A program made the position numbers and the translations under genes. Under the pieces are notes generated by a model that was not told where the DNA came from, did not search any database, and saw only the letters and a program-made list of their open reading frames with translations. 43,478 nucleotides of DNA. Source: Planctomycetota bacterium. GTDB lineage: Bacteria; Planctomycetota; Planctomycetia; Planctomycetales; Planctomycetaceae. The stretch is from NCBI GenBank assembly GCA_003696385.1, contig RFHO01000338.1, forward strand, positions 1-43,478, read 5' to 3'. Positions 19,563-28,775 of this stretch are shown piece after piece. Position 1 is the stretch's first letter, and each line of letters starts with the position of its first letter.

Positions 19563-20369
19563 TCACGGAGATTCGGGGGTCCACAACTGCGGCGCGGAAC
19601 AACCGCCGGAGTGACGCGCGACGCGGCGGGCCTTCAGCCGAACGTAAGGCGGCACGAACCGGGCGCGATGGCCGATCGTACCCGGGGCGGCACGCAGATC
19701 GTGTCGCGGCGGCTCCACGAGGTCTTCCAGGTGGAAGCCCGCCCGACAGAGTCCGCCCACCAGCTGTTCCCAGCGGTGGAGGTATTCCAGCGTCCCCGGC
19801 TCGCGGTAAAGCATGTCACCGGTCGGAGGTAGCGGCGCACTGTGGAAGTACTCGACACCGATCACGTACCGGTCGTTCCGGTCACGACCGACCACCTGCA
19901 GGCTCACCGGTTGTTTGTGCTGGCTGATGTACAGGCCGCCGTCACGCAGGACACGAGCGACTTCGCGGTAGACCCGTTCGACATCCGGCACGTAGCAGGT
20001 GCTGACGGGCTGATGGACCAGATCGAAACCCGCCTCGGGCAGCATGGAGAGGTCATCCATGGACGCTTCGACGATGCGGATCGAAAGATTGCGTCGCCGC
20101 GCTTCCCGCTCGTCCAGCCGCAACATGGCCGGGCTGATGTCGACCACGGTCACGTTCGCCCCGGCACAAGCGTAAAGAATCGACTGCCAGCCTCCCCCAG
20201 CCGCCAGACACAGCACATCCCAGCCGGCTACGGACGGAGGCAACCAGCCGCGGGAATCGAGCGCCTTCAGCGGCTCACGGCATTCGGCATCGGTCGCCAC
20301 GCAAGCGAACGTGCTTCCTTCGGCCAGCCGGTTCCATGCGGCGCGATTTCGGTCGTACACGCTGGGCAT
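19563..20369 (-). CDS. class I SAM-dependent methyltransferase
   Basis: ATG 20369 (MPSVYDRNRAAWN). The 265 upstream codons of track ORF 19563..21164 are antisense to the aminotransferase gene and were rejected. Motif I is DVLCLAAGGGWQS, followed by VTVVDISPAML and VLRDGGLY. Its stop is 4 nt from the start of the WD40 gene. Confidence 0.85.
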   Translation of the reverse strand: MPSVYDRNRAAWNRLAEGSTFACVATDAECREPLKALDSRGWLPPSVAGWDVLCLAAGGGWQSILYACAGANVTVVDISPAMLRLDEREARRRNLSIRIVEASMDDLSMLPEAGFDLVHQPVSTCYVPDVERVYREVARVLRDGGLYISQHKQPVSLQVVGRDRNDRYVIGVEYFHSAPLPPTGDMLYREPGTLEYLHRWEQLVGGLCRAGFHLEDLVEPPRHDLRAAPGTIGHRARFVPPYVRLKARRVARHSGGCSAPQLWTPESP

Positions 20370-20570
20370 GATCGCGTTCCAAAGTCCGCGGCGGTTCACT
20401 CGTTCGACGCGCACAGCTCCTGCTAAGCTATCCCCCGCGGCGGTCAAAGAAACCGTCGGTTGCTCGCCGCCGATACCGAACCGACCGCGCGGCACGCCCC
20501 CTCCGGCCCCGCCACCGCGTCCGGTGCGAGTAATCCACTTCGACACGACGATCATCGAAAGGCCGATGGC

Positions 20571-21491
20571 ATGTTGCAACGATTCAATCCCCTGAACCGG
20601 GACATCCTGGTCAACATCAACGGCAAACTGATTCATCGCGACCAGGCGGGCATCAGCCCGTTCGATTCCGTCGTGCAGGGCGGCGACGCGGTCTGGGAAG
20701 GGCTGCGTCTGTATTCCGGGCGGATTTTCCGGCTCACCGATCATCTGGATCGCCTGCGCAGCTCGGCGTTGGCTCTGGCGTTTCGCCAGATCCCCTCGCA
20801 CGAGGAAATCACCGAACAGATCCGCCGTACGCTGGTCGCCAACAACATGTTCGACAACGTGCACATCCGCCTGACGCTCACCCGCGGAGTGAAGATCACC
20901 TCGGGCATGGATCCGCGGCTGAACCAGTCGGGCCCTACGTTGATCGTGCTGGCCGAACACAAGCCGCCGGTCTACAACCGCGACGGCATTCGGCTGATCA
21001 CCAGCAGCATCCGCCGTTTCCCGCCCGACTGTCTGGACCCCAAGATCCACCACAACAACCTGATCCAGTCGATCCTGGCCAAGATCGAAGCCAACCACGC
21101 GGGTGTCGATGACGCCCTGATGCTGGACACCCGCGGCTTCGTGGCCGAAACCAACGCGACACACGTGTTCATCGTTTCCCGTGGCGTGGTGGCGACCAGC
21201 CGCACGGTGGCGTGCCCCGAAGGCATCACACGCGGCGTCGTACTGGAACTGTGCCGCGAAAACCGGATCCCCTGTGAGGAACGCGATATCTCACTGACCG
21301 AGGTGTACCGCGCGGACGAAATGTTCTGCACGGGAACGATGGGCGAGCTCGTACCGGTGATCGAAGTCGACGGACGACCGATTGGTCATCAGAAGTGCGG
21401 TCCGGTGACCGAGCGGCTGTGCGCCTTGTTCCACGAGAAGACGCGCACCGAGGGCACCGAACTGGTGGAGCCGCCGGATCTGGGCGAATAG
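20571..21491 (+). CDS. class IV (fold type IV) PLP aminotransferase (BCAT / D-aminotransferase / ADC-lyase family)
   Basis: ATG 20571 (MLQRFNPLNRDILVNINGKL). Family features: FDSVVQGGDAVWEGLR, the Lys in DPKIHHNNLIQSILAKIEA, and ETNATHVFIV..PEGITRG..E. Sub-family not resolvable by eye. Confidence 0.85.
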   Translation: MLQRFNPLNRDILVNINGKLIHRDQAGISPFDSVVQGGDAVWEGLRLYSGRIFRLTDHLDRLRSSALALAFRQIPSHEEITEQIRRTLVANNMFDNVHIRLTLTRGVKITSGMDPRLNQSGPTLIVLAEHKPPVYNRDGIRLITSSIRRFPPDCLDPKIHHNNLIQSILAKIEANHAGVDDALMLDTRGFVAETNATHVFIVSRGVVATSRTVACPEGITRGVVLELCRENRIPCEERDISLTEVYRADEMFCTGTMGELVPVIEVDGRPIGHQKCGPVTERLCALFHEKTRTEGTELVEPPDLGE

Positions 21492-21548
21492 TGGACGCGG
21501 CATCCCGATTCGATCCGCGGCCTGCGAGCCGAGCATCTCGGCTTCCGC

Positions 21549-22331
21549 TCACTTGTCCTCGGGTACCAGCGGACCGATCAGCCGCTGCACCCGGTAACAG
21601 GGTTTTCCGAACCGGTCGCGGCAGTTTGTATCGAATCCGCCTTCGACCAGTACGACATCCCCGGGTTCGAATCCGCTCATGTCCTGAGACAGCTCCAGTG
21701 CCACGTCGCCCCCGTACGGATCGCCATCCGTCGGATCGGGCGAGTAGCGCAACCGCCAGCGGTTGTCCCGGCGGTCGAAGTCCAGCACACCACGCAGCCA
21801 GCTGTAACCGTCGGGATCGTGGGCATACGGGCTGGGACCGGTCGCATCGACGGGCGCAGTGCGGGACTCCTTCTTCGACACGTTTTGGACGGCAACGGGC
21901 GGCTGGAACGGATCCTCATCCGGCGACGCATCGCTGGCCGGGTCGACGCGGGACGTGCTGCCACTCGGCGCGGTCGGCTGAAACCCGGCGTCGCTGGAAC
22001 GGTCGGGCGTTTCGAGCAGATTCGGGCTGGGGACCGGTTTTTCGAACGTCTGCGGCTGGCTGGGCGCGGTTTGAGTGCCGCTGCCCTGGGGTTGCGTCGT
22101 GCTCGATCCCTGGGGAGCGGTCATCGCCGGCCCGGCTCCGGGTGCGACGGTCGTCGATCCGAAGTCCTGCGGATTGATGTACGCCCCCTGAGGCATGGCG
22201 CCGGAAAACGCCCCCGGCGGCATCCCGTAGGGACCCGCCATGCCGTACCCGTAGGGGTAATACGTGTAGCAGCCGACCGCCAGAAACAGCAGCATCGGCG
22301 CCGTCACCAGAAGCGACTCCGTCCGTTTCAT
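21549..22331 (-). CDS. hypothetical lipoprotein with Pro/Gly/Ser/Thr/Gln-rich linker
   Basis: ATG 22331 with GAGGGAA upstream. MKRTESLLVTAPMLLFLAVGC is a signal plus lipobox-like Cys. This is followed by a low-complexity linker and a structured C-terminal ~100 aa (GYSWLRGVLDFDRRDNRWRLRY..). The rest of track ORF 21549..23177 is antisense to the next gene. Confidence 0.7.
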   Translation of the reverse strand: MKRTESLLVTAPMLLFLAVGCYTYYPYGYGMAGPYGMPPGAFSGAMPQGAYINPQDFGSTTVAPGAGPAMTAPQGSSTTQPQGSGTQTAPSQPQTFEKPVPSPNLLETPDRSSDAGFQPTAPSGSTSRVDPASDASPDEDPFQPPVAVQNVSKKESRTAPVDATGPSPYAHDPDGYSWLRGVLDFDRRDNRWRLRYSPDPTDGDPYGGDVALELSQDMSGFEPGDVVLVEGGFDTNCRDRFGKPCYRVQRLIGPLVPEDK

Positions 22332-22659
22332 GTCCGTTCCCTCGCCCGATTGCGACGTGATCCATCGAGGACAGACGTCCTTGACCTGGCGTCTCGTGCG
22401 GCCGGTCGTGTGAGGTGAATCATCAAGACGTGCCGTACGACCTTTGCAGGGGTCGGTCGAAAGCGGCGGGATTGTTGGGAACCCGTCCGATTGTGTCCAG
22501 ACGAGTTTTTTTGCCCGCTTGCGGCGGCCGCGGCGCAACCTGCGAAAGACCGATGGCAGCGGAGCGGGAAGTATTCGGTTGCCCGTTACGAGGCTCGGTT
22601 TCAAGATACAGGGACGTCGTCCCATTCGGCACTTGGGGTCACCTCGGAGGTTGCCGCAC

Positions 22660-23616
22660 ATGCCCATCGAGTTCGACTGTCCGCAGTGCGGAGCGCGACT
22701 CCGCGTTCCGGATGCCGCTGCCGGACACAAGAGCCGCTGCCCGAGGTGCGGAGCGATCGTCGACGTCCCACAGACGGACATCCACGAGACCGTCGGTTCG
22801 CCAATCGGGCCAGCGGAGTCCGTCGAATCCGCTCCGTCCGCGGATGCAACCGATACCGGCTGGCCGAACAGTGCAACGGAAACAGGCGGTTGGGACGCCG
22901 AACCCTCAGTGACCCAACCCTCCCCGTACGCAACGTCCGAACCAATGGCCGCTGCGGGCGACGCGGCCAGCTCGGCGGCACAAGCAATTCCGACCGACGC
23001 CGAGGGTATCGCACGGTTTGCTTGGGCGGTGTGCAAGGAAAACCTGGGGCTCCTGATCGGCGCCGTTCTGATCGTGGGCCTCATCGACACCGTGCTGCAG
23101 GCGCTCGTAGAACGCCTGAGCGTGCCCGGACCGGACCGGGGCGCCGCGGCCGCGGCGGCGTTGGTGGCGTGGGTCATTGAGGCCGGTTTGGCAATCGGCT
23201 ACTGGCGGATGGTGTTGAAAATCGTCCGCGGAGAGGCTGCCGATCTGAACGACCTCTTGTCGGGCTTCCGACGAATCCCGGTCGTATTCGTCGGATCGCT
23301 GCTCTTTGGCACCGTCATCGTGGCCGGTTTCGTGGTGTTCATCGTCCCCGGAGTGATTCTGTCGTTGCGTCTGTGGCCGTATCACCTGTTGCTGATCGAA
23401 GGCAGGGCGGGAATCACGGAGGCATTTTCGGTCGCCTGGGAAATGACGGCCGGCCACTGGGCGCTGCCGATTCTGCTCTCCGTGATCGGCTTTCTGGCGG
23501 TCATTCTGGGACTGCTTGCCTGTGGCGTGGGTTTGCTGGTGGCGATTCCCTACATCACAGTGATGTGGGCCTCCGCGTACGTCGGCCTGTACGATCAGCG
23601 GGACCGGCCGCAGTAA
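22660..23616 (+). CDS. zinc-ribbon protein fused to a multi-pass membrane domain (DUF975-like by layout)
   Basis: ATG 22660 with GGAGG 9 nt upstream. CPQCGARLRVP..CPRCGAIVDVP is a 4-Cys zinc ribbon. An acidic/Ser/Thr-rich linker and at least 4 hydrophobic helices follow (LLIGAVLIVGLI, VFVGSLLFGTVIVAGFVVFIVPGVIL, ILLSVIGFLAVILGLLACGVGLLVAIPYI). Confidence 0.8.
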   Translation: MPIEFDCPQCGARLRVPDAAAGHKSRCPRCGAIVDVPQTDIHETVGSPIGPAESVESAPSADATDTGWPNSATETGGWDAEPSVTQPSPYATSEPMAAAGDAASSAAQAIPTDAEGIARFAWAVCKENLGLLIGAVLIVGLIDTVLQALVERLSVPGPDRGAAAAAALVAWVIEAGLAIGYWRMVLKIVRGEAADLNDLLSGFRRIPVVFVGSLLFGTVIVAGFVVFIVPGVILSLRLWPYHLLLIEGRAGITEAFSVAWEMTAGHWALPILLSVIGFLAVILGLLACGVGLLVAIPYITVMWASAYVGLYDQRDRPQ

Positions 23617-23644
23617 GACTTCACCGGGCACGAGGCGCAAGGCG

Positions 23645-25339
23645 ATGAAGCCACCGAGTGCGGATCGAACGACCGGGCCATCGGCCGAAGAGCGTCCCGG
23701 CGAGGGCCCCGGCCGAACAGAGACGCCCGAGCCCGCCGACCACGCCGACCGTTCCACCACCGGCGCCGCTGCGCGGCCGCTTCTGCGCGCCCTTCCCTCC
23801 GTCCACGAACTGACGAGACATCCGCTGATCGTCCGGCTGATCGAAGACTGGGGCCGGACGAAGGTTCTCGATTGGATCCGCGACGAAGCAGCCACGGTTC
23901 GCGAATGGATCCGCAACGCGGCGTCGAAGGGAACGGCGCTGAACAGCCTGCGGGACGCTCTCGACCGCGTAACGGGCGAGACGGTGCGCGACGCGGTTCC
24001 ACGCGGTCTTTCGGAAGGAACGCCGGCGGCCTACCCAGACGAGTCGCAACACGAGACCACCCCCCACAGCGTCTCCCCCCGGACGCATTGGGAACAATGG
24101 AAAGCGACGTTGCTGGAGCGGATCGTCGACGGCGTGCGCCGGCGGGCGGATAGCGCCGAACTCGAACAGCTCGGCCGCGTGATCAATGCCACGGGGGTCG
24201 TGCTGCACACCGGACTGGGGCGGGCACCGCTGTCCGCGGCGGCAGTGGCCGCCGTGCAATCCGTTGCCGGCGCGGCGAACGTGGAATTCGACCTGCAAAC
24301 CGGTACGCGCCGCACGCGCGGCTTTCAATTGACGGGGTTGCTCACGACGCTCACAGCAGCCGAAGACGCACTGATCGTCAACAACAACGCGGCCGCCACG
24401 CTGCTGACACTCCAGGCACTGTGCTCCGGTCGCGAAGTCGTCATTTCCCGCGGCCAGTTGATCGAAATCGGCGGGTCGTTCCGACTGCCGGAAATCTTCG
24501 AGCTCAGCGGGGCCGTGCTGCGCGAGGTCGGCACGACCAACCGCACACGGGTGAGCGACTATGAACGGGCGATCGGACCACAGACCGCGGCGATCCTGCA
24601 CGTGCACACTTCCAACTATCGTGTCGTGGGCTTCGCGGAAACGCCCGCCATCGAAGAACTGGTGCGTGTGGCGCACCGTCACGGTCTGTTGGCGATCGAT
24701 GACATCGGCAGCGGATGTCTGGTGGACCTTCCGGCGCACGGACTGCCCGCAGAACCCACCTTCGCCCGCAGCATCGCCGCTGGCGCGGACCTCGTACTGG
24801 GCAGCGGCGACAAACTGCTGGGCGGGCCGCAGGCGGGAATCATCGTAGGGCGCTCACGTTGCGTGCAGATGCTGCGGCAACACCCACTGGCACGCTGCGT
24901 CCGGATCGACAAGCTCACCCTCGCAGCTCTCGCCGCCACGCTGGAGACCTACGTGCGCGGAACCTATGCGGAGGAGCTGCCTCTGTTCCGATTGCTGCTG
25001 ACTCCGCAGCAGGAGCTGCTGGGACGGGCCGAGGCGATCGTCACGCAGGTACGCGCGCTGCCGAAGGTGCGGGTCGCTGTTCGGCGGGACGTCGCGCCCG
25101 TCGGCGGCGGTTCGTTGCCCGGCTGTGAACTGCCGACCGCGGTCATTGCCTTGCGCCACGCCGTCTGGCCGGCTGCCCAACTGGCACGGCGTCTGCGAAC
25201 CGGGCGGGTCCGCATCGTCCCGCGTATCGCCGACGACGAGGTACTGATCGACCTGCGGAGCGTTCCACCCGAACAGGACGACTCCATCGTCCTCGCCCTG
25301 CGCCTGCTGGCCGCCGCCACCGAGCCGGAGCAGCGGTGA
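23645..25339 (+). CDS. selA: L-seryl-tRNA(Sec) selenium transferase (selenocysteine synthase)
   Basis: VINATGVVLHTGLGRAP, NNNAAATLL, EVVISRGQLIEIGGSFRLPE, REVGTTNRT, HTSNYRVVGF and the PLP-lysine motif GSGDKLLGGPQAGIIVG. About 100 aa longer than a typical SelA, with a low-complexity N-terminus and an internal insertion. Confidence 0.9.
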   Translation: MKPPSADRTTGPSAEERPGEGPGRTETPEPADHADRSTTGAAARPLLRALPSVHELTRHPLIVRLIEDWGRTKVLDWIRDEAATVREWIRNAASKGTALNSLRDALDRVTGETVRDAVPRGLSEGTPAAYPDESQHETTPHSVSPRTHWEQWKATLLERIVDGVRRRADSAELEQLGRVINATGVVLHTGLGRAPLSAAAVAAVQSVAGAANVEFDLQTGTRRTRGFQLTGLLTTLTAAEDALIVNNNAAATLLTLQALCSGREVVISRGQLIEIGGSFRLPEIFELSGAVLREVGTTNRTRVSDYERAIGPQTAAILHVHTSNYRVVGFAETPAIEELVRVAHRHGLLAIDDIGSGCLVDLPAHGLPAEPTFARSIAAGADLVLGSGDKLLGGPQAGIIVGRSRCVQMLRQHPLARCVRIDKLTLAALAATLETYVRGTYAEELPLFRLLLTPQQELLGRAEAIVTQVRALPKVRVAVRRDVAPVGGGSLPGCELPTAVIALRHAVWPAAQLARRLRTGRVRIVPRIADDEVLIDLRSVPPEQDDSIVLALRLLAAATEPEQR

Positions 25340-25404
25340 TGATATCCCGACCGGCGCTCCGGCTCTCGACCGACCGACGCTTCGGCCCTTCGAACGCCGG
25401 CCTT

Positions 25405-26055
25405 TCAGTAGTGCGCCTGCTCGAGCTGCAGATTCTGTACGGCCAGCATGGCGAACAGGATCGCCAACCACGTCTGGCCGGCGCGGAAACCGAGCACCGC
25501 CAGCACGGCTCCCACCAGCGTTCCCACGCGAAATGCCCAGACGCGCCCGGCGTAGCCGCTTCGGGCTTCCAGCAACGTGAGCGCGATCTGTCCACCGTCC
25601 AACGGATACACCGGCGCCAGATTCAGCACGTTCCACCACAGGTTGATGAACAGCAGGATGTCGGCGGCGAATTCCAGCCCGCGCACGGGTGGCACGAAAG
25701 GGCTGACCGTCCACACGAGCGCAAACAGCGCGAAGCCGGCGGCCGGTCCGGCGGCCGTGACCAGCACCCGCCGAGCCGGTGTGGCACGCACCGGGTGAAA
25801 CGCCGCGTAGCCGCCGAAGTGATACAACACGATCTGCGGCGGCCAACCGAAACGCCGGGCAGTCAGCGCATGTCCCAGTTCGTGCACCAGAATGGATCCG
25901 AACACACACGCCATTCCCACCAGCGTCAGATCCAGTCGATTCGGAACCCACGCGATCAGAGCAGCCAGAATCCAGAAGAAAGCACTGACCCGCACCGGGA
26001 TCCCGAACACACGGAACCTCCAGTCGAACGGCGTGGGGACGCTTTCTCCGAGCAT
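25405..26055 (-). CDS. site-2 protease family (M50) membrane metalloprotease
   Basis: ATG 26055 (MLGESVPTPFDW). HELGH zinc motif inside a TM helix, plus NLAPVYPLDGG (NxxPxxxLDG). The upstream 99 codons of track ORF 25405..26352 are Arg-rich and were rejected. Confidence 0.88.
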   Translation of the reverse strand: MLGESVPTPFDWRFRVFGIPVRVSAFFWILAALIAWVPNRLDLTLVGMACVFGSILVHELGHALTARRFGWPPQIVLYHFGGYAAFHPVRATPARRVLVTAAGPAAGFALFALVWTVSPFVPPVRGLEFAADILLFINLWWNVLNLAPVYPLDGGQIALTLLEARSGYAGRVWAFRVGTLVGAVLAVLGFRAGQTWLAILFAMLAVQNLQLEQAHY

Positions 26056-26345
26056 CGGTGTGCCTCGCACTACGCAGAACACGGCGTGTGACTCGTCAAA
26101 CGCAGCAGCGTCCGCGCGGCGCGCGACGAACGCGACAATCCTCGTCCGGCCGCGGCGGCGGACGTCCTCGGCGGGCTGCCGCCGGGGCACCGTTTCCAAC
26201 CGACACGAAACGGCAATCCCCGGTGGTGACCGCTTGCACCGCACCAACGTCCGTGGGCTTGCCGAGCCGAACAGTATCGCGTCAGGCCATCGGAAAACAA
26301 CCGCGACACTCGAACGGCTTGCCGTACCGAGCCGAAGGCTCCGCG

Positions 26346-26384
26346 CACACAAAAACGCCGTCGCAGCGGTGTGTCGCGACGGCG
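26346..26384 (-). terminator. rho-independent terminator of csrA
   Basis: On the minus strand: stem CGCCGTCGC / GCGACGGCG (9 bp, 11-nt loop) followed by TTTTTGTGTG. Lies 40 nt after the csrA stop. Confidence 0.75.
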
Positions 26385-26423
26385 TCGAGGGAGCGTTACC
26401 GGATGCCTGGTGTGCAGTGCGGA

Positions 26424-26654
26424 TCAGGCTTGGGCAGCTTCGCTGCTGGGGGAATCGGAAGCTGGAGCGGACGAGGCATTCTGCTCCTGTTGCTGCCGCT
26501 TGATCGCTTCGTAAACTTCGCTGCGGTGCACCGAAATCTCGCGCGGGGCTTCGATGCCAAGCCGAACCTTGTCACCGCGGATCTCGACAACCATGATCGA
26601 GATCGAATCGCCAATCATGATCTTCTCATCCTTCTTTCGGCTTAGCACCAGCAT
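26424..26654 (-). CDS. csrA: carbon storage regulator CsrA (RNA-binding translational regulator)
   Basis: ATG 26654 gives MLVLSRKKDEKIMIGDSISIMVVEIRGDKVRLGIEAPREISVHRSEVYEAI, a near-canonical CsrA core. A Gln/Ser/Ala-rich tail follows. The track ORF is over-extended to 26816. Confidence 0.93.
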   Translation of the reverse strand: MLVLSRKKDEKIMIGDSISIMVVEIRGDKVRLGIEAPREISVHRSEVYEAIKRQQQEQNASSAPASDSPSSEAAQA

Positions 26655-26872
26655 CTTGCTGCCCTCGCATCTATCACGACATGGTATCGGTCCCACGCTT
26701 GCAGTGGGGTCAACCGGATGTTCGAAGCGTACCAAACTGCCGCCCCTTGTATCGGACGGATTCGACAGCCAGTCCACAGCGGCGCCATCCCTGCCGCGTT
26801 GTGACAGTTGCGTCACTCGGAACCGTTGCTTGGAATGGGTAAAGTGGGCAACCAGGGGAGGTTTCCGCGCCG

Positions 26873-28336
26873 ATGGCTTCCGCTCGGATCCTGCTGGTCA
26901 CCGGGCACCTTGCGGCCCCCGCATTGCGACGGATGGCCGAACGTCTGAACCGGCAGGCCCAACTGGCCTGTGAGGTGGCCGAACTGGACATCCAGGTCGC
27001 GGCCCTGATGAACACCCGGTGGCTGGCCAGTCGCCTGCCCCGCTTCCTCGCCCGGCACACCGGCGACGATTCCTGCCCTTACGACCGCATCGTCGTGCCC
27101 GGATACTGCACCGGGAATCTCGAAGAACTGGCCGCCCAATCCGGCCTGCCTCTGGAACGCGGCCCGAAGGATCTGCTCGAATTGCCCGACTACTTCGGTC
27201 AAAGCACCGCCCCCGAACCGTTGAAACACCGGGCGATCGAGATCGTCGCGGAGATCAACCATGCGCCGCGGCTGAGCACTGCGGAGCTGCTGTCGGTTGC
27301 AGAGCGTTATCGAACCAGCGGAGCCGACGTGATTGACTTGGGCTGCGTGCCGGGCGAACGCTGGCACGACGTCGGACGCACCGTTCGGACGCTTCGGCAG
27401 GCCGGTCACCGCGTCTCCATCGACAGCTTCGACCGCCGGGAAGTGGAAGCGGCGGTCGAAGCCGGGGCAGAGCTGGTCTTCAGCGTCAACTCCTCAAACA
27501 TCGACTGGGCTGCAGCACTTCCCGCCGAACTGGTCGTCATTCCCGACCGTCCGGACGACTTCGCCTCGCTCGTTCGCACTGCCGAACGGCTCCTCGCGTC
27601 CGGCCGCCCCATCCGCATCGACCCGATTCTCGAACCGATCGGCCACGGCTTTGCCTCGTCGCTACAACGGTACTTTCTGGCGCGTCGCCGATGGCCCGAC
27701 ACACCGATGCTGATGGGGGTGGGCAACGTCACCGAACTGACCGAAGTCGACTCGGCCGGCGTGAACATGTTGCTGGCCGCCATCTGCCGCGAGCTGGACA
27801 TCGGGAGCGTGCTGACGACCGAAGTGGCCAACTGGTGCCGCTCTGCCATCCGCGAGTTCGACATCGCCGCCCGCATGGTCGAACATGCGATCAGCCGCGG
27901 CGCGCTGCCGAAGGGGCTCGGGGAATCGTTGGTCGTGCTCCGCGACCGGCGGCTGCGGTGGAGCACCGACGAGGAGATCGCCGAATGGGCCGGTGGCGTT
28001 CGCGATCCCAATTTCCGCATCGCCGTCACCGCATCCGGACTGCATCTGTTCAATCGCGAGGGTCACTGGCGCGGTACCGATCCCTTCGACGTCTTTCGCA
28101 GAATGCTCAAGGAAGCCGACGACAGCGCCGAACGGTTGACGCCCGAACACGCCTTCTACATGGGATACGAGCTGGCCAAGGCCGCCATCGCGCGAACCTT
28201 GCACAAGAATTACCGCCAGGACGAGCCGCTGGATTGGAACTTCTTGACGGTTTCCCAATCCGCCGCACCGACACACAATGAACCGGAGCCGACCGTGCCG
28301 GAATCCGCCGCAGATCGCGCAAGGACCGATCCATGA
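26873..28336 (+). CDS. dihydropteroate-synthase-like pterin-binding protein with N-terminal DUF6513-like and C-terminal DUF4346-like regions (methanopterin-biosynthesis type)
   Basis: GGGGAGG lies upstream of ATG 26873. The central TIM-barrel DHPS-like blocks are GADVIDLGCVPGE, RVSIDSF, AGAELVFSVN, IDPILEPIGHGF and MLMGVGNVTELTEVDSAG. The C-terminus (DPNFRIAV..HLF..EHAFYMGYELAKA..YRQDEPL) matches the DUF4346 pattern as I remember it. Confidence 0.75.
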   Translation: MASARILLVTGHLAAPALRRMAERLNRQAQLACEVAELDIQVAALMNTRWLASRLPRFLARHTGDDSCPYDRIVVPGYCTGNLEELAAQSGLPLERGPKDLLELPDYFGQSTAPEPLKHRAIEIVAEINHAPRLSTAELLSVAERYRTSGADVIDLGCVPGERWHDVGRTVRTLRQAGHRVSIDSFDRREVEAAVEAGAELVFSVNSSNIDWAAALPAELVVIPDRPDDFASLVRTAERLLASGRPIRIDPILEPIGHGFASSLQRYFLARRRWPDTPMLMGVGNVTELTEVDSAGVNMLLAAICRELDIGSVLTTEVANWCRSAIREFDIAARMVEHAISRGALPKGLGESLVVLRDRRLRWSTDEEIAEWAGGVRDPNFRIAVTASGLHLFNREGHWRGTDPFDVFRRMLKEADDSAERLTPEHAFYMGYELAKAAIARTLHKNYRQDEPLDWNFLTVSQSAAPTHNEPEPTVPESAADRARTDP

Positions 28337-28632
28337 ACGACGATGCCCCCCAAGCCGAAACCGCCTCCGGCCGCCCCGGTCCGGCGAAGCCGACCGACCT
28401 GCATGACCTGGCACACACGTTCAACATCAACAAGGAACCGCTTCGCACCGGCGAGACGGTCCCGAGCGTTTCGTGGCGTGAGCGTGCCGCAACGCTGTTT
28501 CCCGAATGGATCCGACATCGAACCTTGGCCATGCTGATGGTCCTGCTACTGCTGGGAATCGTCGCATGGCTGGGTTGGACCGCCGTCCGCGCCGCCGTCC
28601 GCGTATTCCAGTCGCGGCTGCCGGGGCAATAA
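28333..28632 (+). CDS. small (99 aa) C-terminally membrane-anchored hypothetical protein
   Basis: Its ATG overlaps the upstream TGA (ATGA at 28333-28336). Strong G/C third-position bias. Has a TM helix LAMLMVLLLLGIVAWLGWTAV. Confidence 0.7.
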   Translation: MNDDAPQAETASGRPGPAKPTDLHDLAHTFNINKEPLRTGETVPSVSWRERAATLFPEWIRHRTLAMLMVLLLLGIVAWLGWTAVRAAVRVFQSRLPGQ

Positions 28633-28775
28633 TCGTTCGGAACGCCGCACCAGAAGCTTCGCCAAGCATTTCGGGCCCGACCGCGTTCGATGACCGCCGG
28701 CATGCGGAGCGGCACCCCCGCCTCCAGTGGGCGCGACCGTGTCCGGCCCGCTCGCCTGATGGGAACCAACGGGAG

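Noticed and set aside
20370-21164. N-terminal 265 codons of track ORF 19563..21164; the same issue applies to 22332..23177 of ORF 21549..23177, 26056..26352, 26655..26816, 15892..16215, 20460..20570 and 22444..22659
   Set aside because: These are 5' over-extensions of real genes into neighbouring genes or intergenic DNA. The homology-bearing part starts at an internal ATG with an SD-like sequence, and the extensions are low-complexity or antisense to real genes.
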